The notes: generated by a model from the letters alone, not told the origin. A DNA stretch of 62,700 nucleotides, filler included, from Nemertoderma westbladi (GCA_032718475.1; 3 parts of 3 records of this genome joined end to end with filler, not necessarily neighbours in it), one strand, 5' to 3'; positions 24,909-37,570 are shown, numbered from the whole stretch's first letter. A program made the numbers and translations.

Positions 24909-26594
24909 ATGCCACGAATAACTCAACAACGGAAAGCAGGATTTCGAGGAACCACGAAACAAGATACCGGTACATTGAACCTCGCGCATATGAAATCGAT
25001 TTCAGTACCGGTACCGGTAGTGCCAAAAGATCGAGAACCGTCGCTAATAGCATCGAATCTGAATGTCCTACCCTCAGATGGAAAGTTGGAGGGATATAAC
25101 GTTGTAGCAACGCAAATAATAAAGAAACTGATAATGGAGAAACATGATGATAAGCAATGTGACGGTACAGTAGTGATAAATGAGTCACATCGTGGTTATA
25201 GTACCAATTTTGAGGGGAAATGTTCACGTTGTGATTGGCAATATTCTACTTTCACGAGCGACCAAGTTTCTCGAACTGAACCTCGTCCTGGAAGAAAAAC
25301 AGCGGATGTGAATCTTCGTGCAGTACTGGCTTGGCTTTGTGTTGGTGGGACCCATGGTGATGCAGAGACGTTTTCTAGAATAATGTCACTACCATCTCCT
25401 GTTGCGAAGAGAGCCTGGCAATTTCATGTCAACGAAATCTCGAAGGTCACGGAATCACTTGCACGAGGAAATGCAAAAAATTGTGCAATGAAAGAGATTG
25501 ACAGGGAAATATGTATATCTTTTGACGGTACATGGATGAAAAGAGGCCATCAATCACTTTATGGTGCCGCGTTTATCATATCCGAAAATACAGGACATGT
25601 CATTGATTTCGATGTTTGTTCAAAATACTGTAATATTTGTAGCCGCAACAAAGAAGAAGATGGCAATGCTGATCATGAGTGTAATATAAATTATTCAGGG
25701 TCCAGTTCAGGTATGGAACCTCATTTAGCTGTTAAACTATTCAATAGATCCCTATCAAATAATGGTGTCATATATCAATCAATGGTATCGGATGGCGACA
25801 GCAGCGTTATGAAGAACATATTGGAGTCCGATCCTTACAGAGAGCAGAATGTAACAGTGCAGAAGAAAGAGTGCCTGAACCACGTTGCGAAGCGTCTATA
25901 TACAGGTCTTTCCAATGCTCGCAAAACTCATAAACTTGGAGGCAAGGGAGGGTTGACTGATAGTCGATGTCACCAATTGCAGTCATATTACCGAAATACG
26001 ATCGTGAAGAATATAGGAGATGTTGATATAGATAAACTCTCAGAGACTGAAAAATCAGTGCTCATAAGCACGATTCGAAGTGAAATCGTGGCTGCAACAC
26101 ATCACTATTGTGATTATGGAGATAATGTTGAGAAACAACATGAGTTATGCCCTGAAAATAAGTGGTGTAAATTCAAAAACAATGCTATAAGTTACAAAAA
26201 TGTAACATTTATAAAAGAGGCAAACATGAAGTTTATTTTACCTGTTTATGAACGCCTAACAACGAGCGAAATTCTGGAACGCTGTATCCCTGGCCTCACA
26301 CAAAATCCGAACGAATCTCTGCATTCACGGCTATGGACTCGTCTATCTAAAGAAACGTTTGTGGGTCTAAGTACACTCATGTTTCATGTTTCGTATACTG
26401 TTTTAGTTCACAATCGGGGGTGTTCAGCAGAACAGATAATTTTGAAGAAGCTTGGCCTTGAGGAAGATGATGGTGACCTTGCAGAACGAGCAAAGAAGGT
26501 CAACCTAAAACGTAAACAGAAAAGTACTGAACACAAACCATCAAAGAAATGGCAAGCACCCGATCATAAGTCATATAAATCTGGGGCCTTTTAA
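24909..26594 (+). CDS. Intact DDE transposase, 561 aa (Mutator-like/Kolobok-related family)
   Basis: Family motifs ISFDGTWMKRGH.S.YG, SKYC..C, HEC..NYSGSS..ME, SDGDSS, KKECLNH..KR, TQNPNES. Uninterrupted single ORF. Confidence 0.85.
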   Translation: MPRITQQRKAGFRGTTKQDTGTLNLAHMKSISVPVPVVPKDREPSLIASNLNVLPSDGKLEGYNVVATQIIKKLIMEKHDDKQCDGTVVINESHRGYSTNFEGKCSRCDWQYSTFTSDQVSRTEPRPGRKTADVNLRAVLAWLCVGGTHGDAETFSRIMSLPSPVAKRAWQFHVNEISKVTESLARGNAKNCAMKEIDREICISFDGTWMKRGHQSLYGAAFIISENTGHVIDFDVCSKYCNICSRNKEEDGNADHECNINYSGSSSGMEPHLAVKLFNRSLSNNGVIYQSMVSDGDSSVMKNILESDPYREQNVTVQKKECLNHVAKRLYTGLSNARKTHKLGGKGGLTDSRCHQLQSYYRNTIVKNIGDVDIDKLSETEKSVLISTIRSEIVAATHHYCDYGDNVEKQHELCPENKWCKFKNNAISYKNVTFIKEANMKFILPVYERLTTSEILERCIPGLTQNPNESLHSRLWTRLSKETFVGLSTLMFHVSYTVLVHNRGCSAEQIILKKLGLEEDDGDLAERAKKVNLKRKQKSTEHKPSKKWQAPDHKSYKSGAF

Positions 26595-27423
26595 TTAACT
26601 TTTTAAATTTCATTTTAAATTTTTAAATTTAATTTTAATTAATGAATATTAATATAGTGCCTAATTTGAATTATTATTTTTTATTGATTTCAGATTTTTG
26701 TTCAAATTTTGTCAAAAAATTCACACCCTTTAACATGTCTTTTATATGAAATAATATGACCTTAAGATTAACATGCGATAATAATACAATTTTTGGAATC
26801 TACTTAAAATTTGGAACTAGATGAAAAAAATTTTATTAGAATTCACTGAGTTTATCTCATTTAATCGAAATTTCAAAAATTTAACTTCATAATAAAATAA
26901 ACAAACTTTAACTTTAAACCTGTTTTTCTCCAATTAGCATTTTTCAAACGAAAAATGCTAAGGCTCTGTCAAAAATGGCCCAAATGTGCTGATTTTTTGC
27001 ATGATCGATGATTGTGGGGTCCTTTACAAAATGCATTGACAAAATTTTGATATTTTTTTAAAAACTCAATTTTTTCGAAAAATTGGGCCAAATTTTTGAA
27101 ATTTTGGTCATTTTTTGGACCAAAAATGTCCCTTTTGGTGCTTTTTGCTCTTCTCGACAAGATATCAAAATTTTGTCAATGCAAATCGTTTGGGACGTCC
27201 TACTGACTTTCTCACGTATTTGGATAATTTGGCTAGAAGCCTTAGCATTTTTTTCATTTTTTGCCTTTTTGGCAAAATTTTGGCGAAAAAATAAAATTTT
27301 TGAAAAATTTTGAATTTTTCCAAAATTTTAATTCCTTAGTGACAAAACTCAAAATATGACTCCTAGCAAAAAAATAATTTTAGATGCATCTATAGAGCGT
27401 CCAAAATTTATGGTCTATTATTA

Positions 27424-27523
27424 NNNNNNNNNNNNNNNNNNNNNNNNNNNNNNNNNNNNNNNNNNNNTTAATTAATTAANNNNNNNNNNNNNNNNNNNNN
27501 NNNNNNNNNNNNNNNNNNNNNNN
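27424..27523. other. Artificial assembly linker (N44-TTAATTAATTAA-N44)
   Basis: 12-mer with stops in all six frames between two 44-N runs; an identical structure occurs at 57330. Confidence 0.97.
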
Positions 27524-27661
27524 ACACACATCAAGAATGCTACTAGAAAGAAAAACGATACAACAAATTACAGAGGAATTTCAATCTCATCAATCTTCGT
27601 CAAGCTGTGGGAAATTGTAGTTCTGAGCGAATTCACTCGAGAAGCAACTAGCCATCTCCAA

Positions 27662-28954
27662 ATGGCATACAAGAAAGGAATCAATGGAGAAATCCCCTAC
27701 ATGGTAGCCAATAAACTAATTAAGCGTTTTAATGCAGGTGGCTCAGACGTCCACGTGCTCTCAATAGACTTATCTGCGGCTTTCGACTGCGTAAACCACA
27801 AATCTCTCTTTAGTAAGCTTAGGGAAACAAATATCGATAAACCCTGGTTACAACTACTCGAATCACTCTACAAAAAATCTACAGCTTATGTAAGAACAGG
27901 ACGACGTTTATACACACAATCAATCAAACTATCCAAAGGCGTAAGACAAGGGGGAGTATTATCTGCCTGGCTCTTTAATTTTTATCTAAAAGAATTATTC
28001 GTCAACATAGAATCATTAGGATTAGGTATACACATCAACAAGCACTCCTACCCTATAATTGGGTATGCAGATGACATACTGCTTCTAGCAAACCTAAAGA
28101 GCGATCTACAGAAGTTAACAACAGTCTGTACTACCTACTTCTCTGCACATGGCCTAAAAGCGAACCCAACAAAATCCCATTATGTTATCTGCTCACCAAC
28201 AACAAAGACAACCACTAAACAAACCCTGAAAGTTGGTCACACTACCCTAGAACACGAAAATAGTTGTCGATACCTAGGACTGCCCTTCCCCTTAACTCAG
28301 GACAGCCTAAAAGACAACTTCGTCAAAAGGTGCTGGTGGAATGTGGCGCGATTAAAGAACCGGGGGTTATCAACTTCTGATGTGCCCCTGATAGTTACGA
28401 AGACCATATGGAAAACCATTTGCACCCCATCAATCCTATATGGAACAGCAAATTACACAGATGCTATCACCAACGATTTTGAAGTCTTTTTTCGAAAGGC
28501 TATGAGATCAATATTAGGTGTCAAAAACTACGTATCAAACAATACCCTGTACCTTCTCCTAGGACAAGAAACCCTATCATCCCTAGTGGCATACAACAAA
28601 TGTAGGATCATATACAGTGCTTTCAACTCTCGCAATCCAAAAATAATATACCTCTTCGCCTGGCTTCTAGCGCAGCATAGCCTTAATATATATAAAGACC
28701 CCCTATTTGATGACTACAACGCTGCGTCGTGGATTTACGGACTACCATGCATAACCAGCCTAGTAACGGCATCCTACAGCACCAAACATACCATAAAGAA
28801 TGCGAAAGAACGCAACAAGCCAACAGCCAAATATAAGGACATTTTCAATGCGCTGTTTTTAAATAGTATCCTAAACAACATCAACTCAGAAAACCACGTA
28901 AGGCATGAATGTATCCTTGATTTTTATGGAATCGAAAAATCAACCACACAATAA
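27662..28954 (+). CDS. Reverse transcriptase of a 5'-incomplete non-LTR retrotransposon (CR1/L2-group-like)
   Basis: IDLSAAFDCVNH, GVRQGGVLS, YADD and YLG motifs; 3' UTR ending in (TGAA)n at ~29113-29127. Confidence 0.85.
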   Translation: MAYKKGINGEIPYMVANKLIKRFNAGGSDVHVLSIDLSAAFDCVNHKSLFSKLRETNIDKPWLQLLESLYKKSTAYVRTGRRLYTQSIKLSKGVRQGGVLSAWLFNFYLKELFVNIESLGLGIHINKHSYPIIGYADDILLLANLKSDLQKLTTVCTTYFSAHGLKANPTKSHYVICSPTTKTTTKQTLKVGHTTLEHENSCRYLGLPFPLTQDSLKDNFVKRCWWNVARLKNRGLSTSDVPLIVTKTIWKTICTPSILYGTANYTDAITNDFEVFFRKAMRSILGVKNYVSNNTLYLLLGQETLSSLVAYNKCRIIYSAFNSRNPKIIYLFAWLLAQHSLNIYKDPLFDDYNAASWIYGLPCITSLVTASYSTKHTIKNAKERNKPTAKYKDIFNALFLNSILNNINSENHVRHECILDFYGIEKSTTQ

Positions 28955-31432
28955 TAACTCATGACTAGGTACACACAGAGCTAACTATCACCATGGTGTC
29001 TTTGAGTGACCTGACTTTTATTGATTTATTGTTTTATTGATTTACTGATTTATTGATTTATTTTTTGATTATTGACCGTTTTAATTATAGCCTGCCGGGG
29101 CGTATGCCGTGCAAATGAATGAATGAACACTCAGCTAAATAATAAGTAATATTCTAGAATAGAGACAAAAAAACATTAGAATTATAGCGATTTACGTCTC
29201 AAAATTTGCACATTAGTATTTTGATAATATCTTTGCCACTTTTGGTTATATTTAAAACGAAAAAAAAATTTAAAACGAAAAATAAAGTCTACGGAGGTGC
29301 TTAAACATTGCTAAATATACATATTTTTAAGGGCTTGTTGTATGGAAATAACTGAGAAATTGAAAAAACCGGCCAGGCCAGCAGAAGTTATGAATCCAAA
29401 CTCTGCGAATTAACATATCCTATCAATGTTAAATCCTATCATCGTTTCGTTAACTCGATTATATGAAAGGATCAAGTTTCACCAGTTAATCGTAATAAGG
29501 CACAAAAATTATAAATATAAGATAATTTGTTTATTTAGTACTTCTTCAGCTGTGAAAGTGCTTACGGGTACCAATAATTTTATTCTCGCTTATTTTTTGG
29601 ATAGTTATTCATTCTGAAAAAAAAATGTGGGGAAACATACATAATAACTTAAAAACATTTCATAATAAAATAAATATGAGATATAAACATATCTCCTATC
29701 TTAATAAAGGTACACATTTTTAAATAAAAATTACGTGAACTATTATAATAATACGAAAAGGGCTGACTTTTAACTTAAATTTAATTATATTTAATATTTG
29801 AATTGAATCTCTGTCTTAATGGCTAATTTTTTCGTAATATAAAAAACGTTGTCTAGATAATGTTTCAAAATTGGAATTAAACTACACATTGTACTTACTA
29901 TCTTGTGAAATTCCCATATAGAAAAAACATGGAAAATTGATAATTTCTATAAGAAAAATGACCACCAGCCACTCATTCAGACAATTATAAATTGAAGAGG
30001 GAATGTGAAACTAGCAATATTTATGTTACCCGTTAAACATTGAACATGAAACAACAGCCACAAATAAATAGACGATGTTTGTAAAATTAGATTGTTGTAA
30101 GACAATATAATAATAATACAAACAAAAAATATCAATATACTAAGGAATACTAATTAATAGTTAAGCACAATAAATCATACAATTAAACGGAAGCAGACAT
30201 ATTACAAAATAAACAATTTATTATACGGAAACAAAATAATAGGAATGCGGGGAAGAGAGGGGGGGGGGGGGGGGGGGGCAATGGATATACCGGCAATGAA
30301 ATATAAACTAATTAATTACAGCACGCCGTATAGAGTAGCCATTAATAATAAAACAGTAAGAGTTTGTTTACTGTGCAGGCGAAAAGATGCAAGAATTAGC
30401 GTTTTGTATCGCACTTGCGTAATAAATATAAATACGTTAAATTCAAATATTCCAATATTTATTTCCAAGAAAACACTGTGACTGTATATATAACTTAAAT
30501 GTATAAATGCTATAAATATAATTTTAATTTTTGTAACTTAAAATAAATACTTTTATATAAATTAAATATATTGTTATATCAAAAAGAAAAAAAGTTGACA
30601 AGATTTCCATTTATTTATTAAATAATAATTTTCACACAGTCATTATTCCTAAATCTATACAGGTCCTTAACCATTATTTGGCACCTGGATTCCTTGTATA
30701 TCATGAATTTAAAACAGCGGAGGAAATAAATAATCCAATAATTATATTATTAGTACTAAAACTATGCAATGAAATTAAATATCAATAAAATAATGAAATA
30801 TTTAAACGAAATCAATTAATTTGAAGGACAATAATAATGACATTAATAATAATAATACATATACAGGATTTTATAAACAATTTGAACTATTTCACAAAAC
30901 AGGAAAACAAACAGGTTTTCCCGCTGACCTCAAAATGTATAATTATCGATGTTATTGTATATATACTATATAGTTATACAAAAGGAATACAATTTTTTTA
31001 TACGTAGAATAATTCATTGTGCAAATGAAAATGTTTTGTTTTTCAAGCAAAACGTAATTTTATTTCACAAAATATTATTATTATTATTATATATTTATTG
31101 GATATAGTGGAGTGCTCAATAGTAGTGGAAGTGGGGTAAGTAAGTGGGGAATGGCAAGGACGGTTGTTAAGAAATGATAACAGTAGTCGAGTCAATCTAG
31201 CATAAAACCCCAAAGTAATTCTCAATCAATCCGAACTACATATTTTGGGATTCTATATTTACCTTGTTAATGACCAATAAAAGTTTATAAAAATCTTAAA
31301 TGTAGAATAAAAAAAATTACGCTCTGATGAATTGGGAATTAGTTACGGGTCTTTTTCGCTAGATTGACTTGACTAAATGGTAAGTCGGTACAGCTGTATT
31401 TATACAGTATTAATACTGCATGCATGCAGTAT

Positions 31433-31714
31433 TAGTCGCCCATGTGAAGAATACCAGGATTTCACTTTTCGGTCGACTTTTCATTGGAATTTTATAATGA
31501 AGATTATTTATTTTTTTTAATTTATCTTTATTAAGAGTTTTATAGCGCTTATTTCTGTCTTATAACCTGTACATATACTAATTCGTTTATTGTTTTGGTT
31601 AGATCCAGCCCTTCTGTAAACTGTGGTTTTGGTGAAAACCTGGTATTCTTCACATGGGGGTAACTGCAAAGTGAAATTTAACGGTAGAAAGTCTGGTCTT
31701 CACATGGGCCGCTA
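31433..31714. mobile_element. Small MITE-like inverted-repeat element
   Basis: CCCATGTGAAGAATACCAGG at 31439 is inverted at 31639-31658, with a further TCTTCACATGGGC at ~31697-31709. Confidence 0.55.
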
Positions 31715-32775
31715 GCTGGCCCATCGGCTATCGTGACCAAAAAGGCGCAACAACTAACACTTCTGTATGGATCCCTATTTTTGCACAGAGTTCTGGGAAG
31801 ATGTAATGGTCAATTTTCATATAGGAGTTGGCTATTAGAATATAAATTTTTTTGATTTTCTAAAAAAACTTTTTTTTAGTAATTTTCAGAAGCAGAACAA
31901 CACATGAAAACGAACTAACATTTATTTAGCTGTTGGTTGTTTTGATTCAGGGAATTTGTCGCAGAGATAGGTCAACCAATATAATTTCCATTGGTTGTGT
32001 TACTATATTTTACAACTGCGTATGTGGATATGTAGAACAACCCAAGTATAGGTTGCTGTTTCTACTATTATCTCAATATCTTCTAAAGGACCAATATATG
32101 GCCCAAGGATTTTAACGCCACCTTGCATCATTATGGTCAAATGTTTATAATTGTGGTATATGACGATGACGAGTGGTTGTGGCTTTCTGGCCACGATATT
32201 TCTACAATCTAGAAACTACTAATGTAGGTTGTAGATACAAATTAAACAATGTCACAAGCGGTTAAATTTAAAACGGCGATGATTTTACTAACTCTGTTAT
32301 TATTCGAAAAGTCAGAGTTTTTAATTTCTCATAAAAACTGACTCACATAAACGCGTTTTAAAAAGTGAATGAATAGATCTATCAACAATCCCACAGGGAT
32401 TTCTTTCTCCCTTTGTCAGAGCGTTTTGAAACCGCTCAAACGAAATGTGAATTTCAAATCAAAAAATGAAACGAGATCAAATACAAATAATACCGAACAA
32501 CGCAAGGAACGCGCGATGTGAATCGACTACGAATCGTTTACATTACGAATTAATTATTTATATTTACTGTACTAGTTCCTTAGTCAAGTCACACGCACTC
32601 ACACCCACGTAAAAGTATATTTAACGTTCTGAAAAAATTACATAGTTATGAGTTATGACACACATTATTACATTATTCAATCAATTGTGGCATTTTATTT
32701 ATACCCGGAACGAGTAACCAACTAGAAGCGACGTATTTACGCTCCACTGCAGTTCTATACAATACAAAGTTATGT

Positions 32776-34410
32776 CTACTTAATAGGATGCTGGTTGATG
32801 CCATTGAATCTCTTACCTTTATTGTAACTAAATTCCCTATTATGGAACTCCATACCTTGCGGCAGATCGCCTATGTCAGCACTACTGTGTCTGTCTAATC
32901 TACAACCTCTACCGTAATATCTACGCGCATTATACCTACTATTGCTGGATGTTTGGGACTTTCCTCCCCCGTAACCCGATGTCTCTCCACTCCTGACGCC
33001 ACTAACCACGCCATCGCCGCAATACCGCTCCCACGGGCGGTCAGCGTTGTTATTGTCGTCGTTAGTTGGAAGGTCCGACTGCGGTCTGCACGGACGGGAA
33101 TGTCCCGGGTTCCAGTGACGTCGGGACCCGCGGAGACTCGCGTTGGGAGGGCCCCAGCGGGGCGGGGCGGGGTCCCTTGGGTGTCCTCCGCGTCTGTACC
33201 CATCGCGTTCGGAACGTGGCTGTAGGCCAGTCTCTACGTGCCGGAATGCATCCGGCGCACTAACACCGTAGCTGCGGCCGCCCATTAATGGGTGCGATAC
33301 AGGAGATTCTACATCAACATAGTTCGATGGGAACCGTTCGTATGATTCTTTGCGTTGTGAGTTATTGTGATGATGTCTTTGTCTTCTATGACGCCATGAG
33401 TTATCGCAGTGGCGTATCGATTTGTTAGATATTATTGTTCCTTCCCGCGGAATCGATTTCCCCTCATTTACCCCAGATTTAACCCCGTTAGAGCGACGGG
33501 ATTTCCGCGCCGTGAACTTCCCGGCGCATTCGATCGGACAATCCTCGAGGACACCCCCGTTAGCCGCGGGATCCCCGCCCTCCAGCGACTCGCACTCTTC
33601 CCGACTACTACCACGACTAACGATCACAACGTTATCCGGGACCGGAGTCGCTCTCGTTATAAGGAACTTATTGCGCTGCTCGTCCACATCGATGATACCC
33701 CCTTTAGCCATCTGATACGCCCATTTATCCGCCATTTTATCTCGGAACCCCGCGATCTCATCCGGTATAACCAACTCGTTACAACTCCCGTCCTCCGAAG
33801 AGTCGCTAATTTCTCGAAACTCCGAAATTAAACTTTCCAAGAAGTGGCCCTCCAGAGTTTCACGGCAAACTGGACAACAACATCCAACTGGTTCTGTCAT
33901 CTCATCGCCGCTGTCGGCCTGCGTCGCAGTCTGTGAGACCGAGACGTAGGAATACAAACACTTGCCATGGAAATAATGCAAGCAATCTGTCAACCAAACG
34001 CCGTCCTTTTTATCGAGATCCTCCAAACATATCGCGCAATCTCCCACAGGTACATTATTTTCTTCGAGGTAGTTTTTCACGATTTCTATAACGTTATAAA
34101 CAACTGGATCTCCGATTTGTGATTCAGTTTCGTTTGCCAATATTTTATTTAAACTGTCGACTTGTGATTCAGAAAGACCCCGCGGTTGTACGATACTAAC
34201 AGTTGCCGGTACACTGGGATACTTAGGGGATAAAAATATCTTGAGATTTAATTGAACGTAACTGACCTCGCAACAAGTCGCCGAAACATCCTGAATAGGT
34301 AAGGCTATATTTAAAACAGTTCCATTATTTAATTTATTAACAATTAAGTTACTTCCATAAATAGATTGCAAAATCTCGAGTTCTTCTTCGTAATCGTTAT
34401 TAATCGACAT
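32776..34410 (-). CDS. RNF25: E3 ubiquitin ligase RNF25-like (RWD + RING-H2 + disordered C-terminus), intronless, ~544 aa
   Basis: RWD: EELEILQSIY, YPSVP, PRGLS, GDPVVY..IE. RING-H2: CAIC..CLHYFH..C..CPVCR. KGGIIDV..E.NKFL follows the RING. The first ATG is at 34410; the track start at 34446 is TTG. Confidence 0.85.
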   Translation of the reverse strand: MSINNDYEEELEILQSIYGSNLIVNKLNNGTVLNIALPIQDVSATCCEVSYVQLNLKIFLSPKYPSVPATVSIVQPRGLSESQVDSLNKILANETESQIGDPVVYNVIEIVKNYLEENNVPVGDCAICLEDLDKKDGVWLTDCLHYFHGKCLYSYVSVSQTATQADSGDEMTEPVGCCCPVCRETLEGHFLESLISEFREISDSSEDGSCNELVIPDEIAGFRDKMADKWAYQMAKGGIIDVDEQRNKFLITRATPVPDNVVIVSRGSSREECESLEGGDPAANGGVLEDCPIECAGKFTARKSRRSNGVKSGVNEGKSIPREGTIISNKSIRHCDNSWRHRRQRHHHNNSQRKESYERFPSNYVDVESPVSHPLMGGRSYGVSAPDAFRHVETGLQPRSERDGYRRGGHPRDPAPPRWGPPNASLRGSRRHWNPGHSRPCRPQSDLPTNDDNNNADRPWERYCGDGVVSGVRSGETSGYGGGKSQTSSNSRYNARRYYGRGCRLDRHSSADIGDLPQGMEFHNREFSYNKGKRFNGINQHPIK

Positions 34411-34920
34411 AGCGAAACATTTAGAAATTGTTTGATGTTGAAACAATCATTGATAACGCTGAAACAACTCATTCAGTCATTGAAACCTGTAGGCTATATC
34501 CAGATATCAGTAGGCCCTACCTGGTACCGGTACCGGCAGTACGGTGCAGCATTCAGCTATTGGCTTTGTACTAGGGTTTTTAAAAAACATCATTTTAAAA
34601 ATCTGTGATGTTTTAATTGTTTTTTTTGTTTTTTAAAATGTTTTTTTTGTTTTAAATGTTTTTTTTGTTTTTTTTTCTAAACAAGGTATTTCTCCGATAA
34701 ACAATATATTTTGAGTTGCTGTAGAGGATAGGCCTAGTACTTTTCTATCTTTAAAGTTAACATAGGTCGTACATAGGCCTACAGGCCTACTATGTGACAA
34801 AGCCAGAGCACATAACTTCTTCAAATACAGTCCGACAGTGCAAACAGACTACCTATCAGCCTATAATACTGTCTGACTGTTAACCAGTCCAGTCCAGTCC
34901 CAGTTAACCAAAAGATATAA

Positions 34921-36341
34921 TAGGATGGCTAAAACGTCTGTCCTTATCTGATCTGATCTGATCTGACGGTATCTGACACTTGTTCCACCTTGGTTCAGAG
35001 CCCACCTTGGTGTAGTGGTTATATTGAATTCACATCTCACGGAAGTTGTGGGTTCAACCCCGGCATGGGGGCCAAGGTAGTTTTCGTTTCGTCACGAATG
35101 CTTTGAAGGGTTTAGCGAGGCATCTCTGCCTTGCATCATTAAATGGTAGCTAAATGAGTACTGGAGTTTCTGCCCATGTCAGTCAATCTCAATATAACAC
35201 CCCCCCCCCCCCCCCCCCCCCCCCTCTCTCTGAAACTAATGCTACTAACTAAAAGACTAACTGGAACTAACTAAAAGGAATTCATATAAAATAAGCTAGA
35301 AATTTTAATCTTGTTTTTAGCGGCGGGTGCCAAATTTTGGTGCCAGCCCCAAATTTTGAAATATTTCAATTTTGTAAATTAATTATTTGAAGCTGTTTTT
35401 TCCGCAATAGGTGTTTTAGGCGTTCTAGTCTCGTTGGAATATATATGAATTGCAACAACTAGGCCTATGGGGTTTCTTGCGTTATACGGATTTGTGAGGG
35501 TTCGGAATTCAATGGAATGTGTAAAAATTGCATAAGAATTCTGAAACTTGTATTTTTCGGCGATGGGTGAAAATTTTCAACAACATCGTTTATTGTTTTG
35601 GTTAGAAATTGTCGCCGCTGTAACCTGCTCTTTTCCTTCAATTGGAAGGTAAAAACATCGTTTGATTCCCACCTTCCCACTCACCTTCCCATCTTCCTTC
35701 ATTGTCTGGGCATAATAAACTCCACTGTATCAGTGGCAATCAGGGCAATATGGGGAATGTTAAAGTGTTTCGCCATATTCGGCAGTAACAGTACTGTACA
35801 GAGTTACTGTACCTCTTCCTGCCTTCCCTTTAGCATAACAAACAAACAATAAATATTTTAAATGTAATATACTAATAAGCACAATATCATTATTTAATAA
35901 TATTAATTATAATTAATATAATTAACTTTAACTATTAATAAACTATTAACAAGAAAGATTACTAAAATATTGCAGCAAAGGCAGAAAGGCTGTATTGTTT
36001 TTAATAAATGATTAATGTTTCAACACCAACTACATCTGCGAAAGTTGTTTACATCTGAAACAACTATCCATCCATCTTTGCTGGGGCAATCACACAACTT
36101 TATACCCGCCATCCTTCATCCTACTGTATATCGCATTTTTAACATGCCTTTGCTGCCTTGGCTGCATACCGGTATGCCTGAAGGCCTACTGCTATGTTAT
36201 ATGATGATACTGATACGTAACATATGGCAACCTGATCCCCTATTGGCTATTTACTTATATCTCTTTCTCCTGATTGGTTATATGATCAGATGCCGTCAGA
36301 TCAGATCAGATCAGATAAGGACAGACGTTTTATTCTACCTC
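34921..36341. mobile_element. Mutator-like non-autonomous element nested in the hAT element
   Basis: ~55-bp TIR containing TAAAACGTCTGTCCTTA(TCTGA)n; 9-bp TSD AAGATATAA (34912-34920, 36342-36350). Confidence 0.8.
34999..35172 (+). mobile_element. tRNA-derived SINE (3'-truncated)
   Basis: A box TGGTGTAGTGG, B box GGTTCAACCC, then the core shared with 54-155. Confidence 0.75.
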
Positions 36342-37094
36342 AAGATATAATAGCCTACTGTAACAACTGTAATACCAGAATAATGCTTAGGCCTATATGG
36401 CATTTGAATGTAGTATTGTCTACCTACCTGTACTGTGTAGGTTAGGTAGTCCTGCCATGTACAGCTGTTCTGGTTGTGGTAACGGTACCGGTACCTGAAA
36501 TAGACAGGCCTAGCATAGAACTAAATATGAAGCAGAGTGAACAGCGAGGTCGGAAGAGCTCGATAGGACATAGATTTTTCGATTCGACGATATCAGACCG
36601 GAAGAACGTATGTATCTTCTGTATAGTACATTACATTTTGTGAACTATATAGTACTTTTTGTGCTGTTTTTTGTCAACTATAGTACTTTTTGTGTTTAAA
36701 CTGCCGATAAGGTTAAAAAAATAAAAAAAACAAAAAAAACAAAAAAAACAGTGTTTTTTAAAAATTAATAAAAAACAAAAAAAACATTGTTTTAAAACAT
36801 TTGTTTTAAAACATGGTGATGTTTTTTAAAAACCCTACTTTGTACAATGCAGTTACCGGTACAGAGTTACATATTACAGTATTAAATACTGTAGCAATAA
36901 TATTACAATAATATTATTAGTTAGAAACTGACAAACAATTAAATCCTAGGTACGGTACGACAGACTCTCTGCTCTCACACGGGCATTTATAAAACTGTAA
37001 CACGATGATCCAATCAAATTAGTGCGGAGCGGACAGGCGGATCCTGTTGGGGATCCCATAGCAGCATGTTACCGGTAGGCTATTCATTCACTAA

Positions 37095-37570
37095 ACAGGA
37101 CTAACCTCATAATGACCACTAACCGCATAGCATACACCATAATGTCCACTAACTGACTAACCCCATTACTGCATTATGTCCACTAACCCCATACTGCCAT
37201 AATATCCACTAGTCTGCTAGTTGCATAATGTCCACAAACCCCTTAATGTCCATTAATCCCACGATATCCACTAATCCTGTAATCCCACTGCACTGCTGCT
37301 ATGCCTACTAATCCAGTAATCCCATAATTTCCACCAACCCAATAATTTCCACTAGGCCTAACCTGTAACCCCATACAGCCATAATGTCCACTAACCCCAT
37401 CTGATAATGTCCAGGTCCACTACTGCACTAACTGACTAACCTCATAATGTCCACTAACCCCATAACTGCATAATGTCCCCTACAGCACTAACCCCAATAT
37501 CAGAATATGTCCACTAACTGCAGTCTGCAGAACTGACTAACGACTAACCCCATACAGCCATACTGCCATA
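37095..37570. repeat. Degenerate ~18-25-bp tandem repeat
   Basis: Recurring CATAATGTCCACTAACCC core. Confidence 0.8.

Larger units (their letters stand above)
34572..36837. mobile_element. Non-autonomous hAT element
   Basis: TIR TAGGGTTTTTAAAAAACATCA, perfect 8-bp TSD CTTTGTAC (34564-34571, 36838-36845). Confidence 0.9.

Noticed and set aside
27468-27479. TTAATTAATTAA as a TTAA target site or biological palindrome
   Set aside because: Sits symmetrically within N runs and recurs at 57374; artificial.
32895-33831. Overlapping alternative ORFs within RNF25 (and 62284-62631 within KLHL18)
   Set aside because: Expected in GC-rich coding sequence; no motifs.
34411-34446. RNF25 start at 34446 as given in the ORF track
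   Set aside because: That codon is TTG; the first ATG is at 34410, just before the RWD domain.
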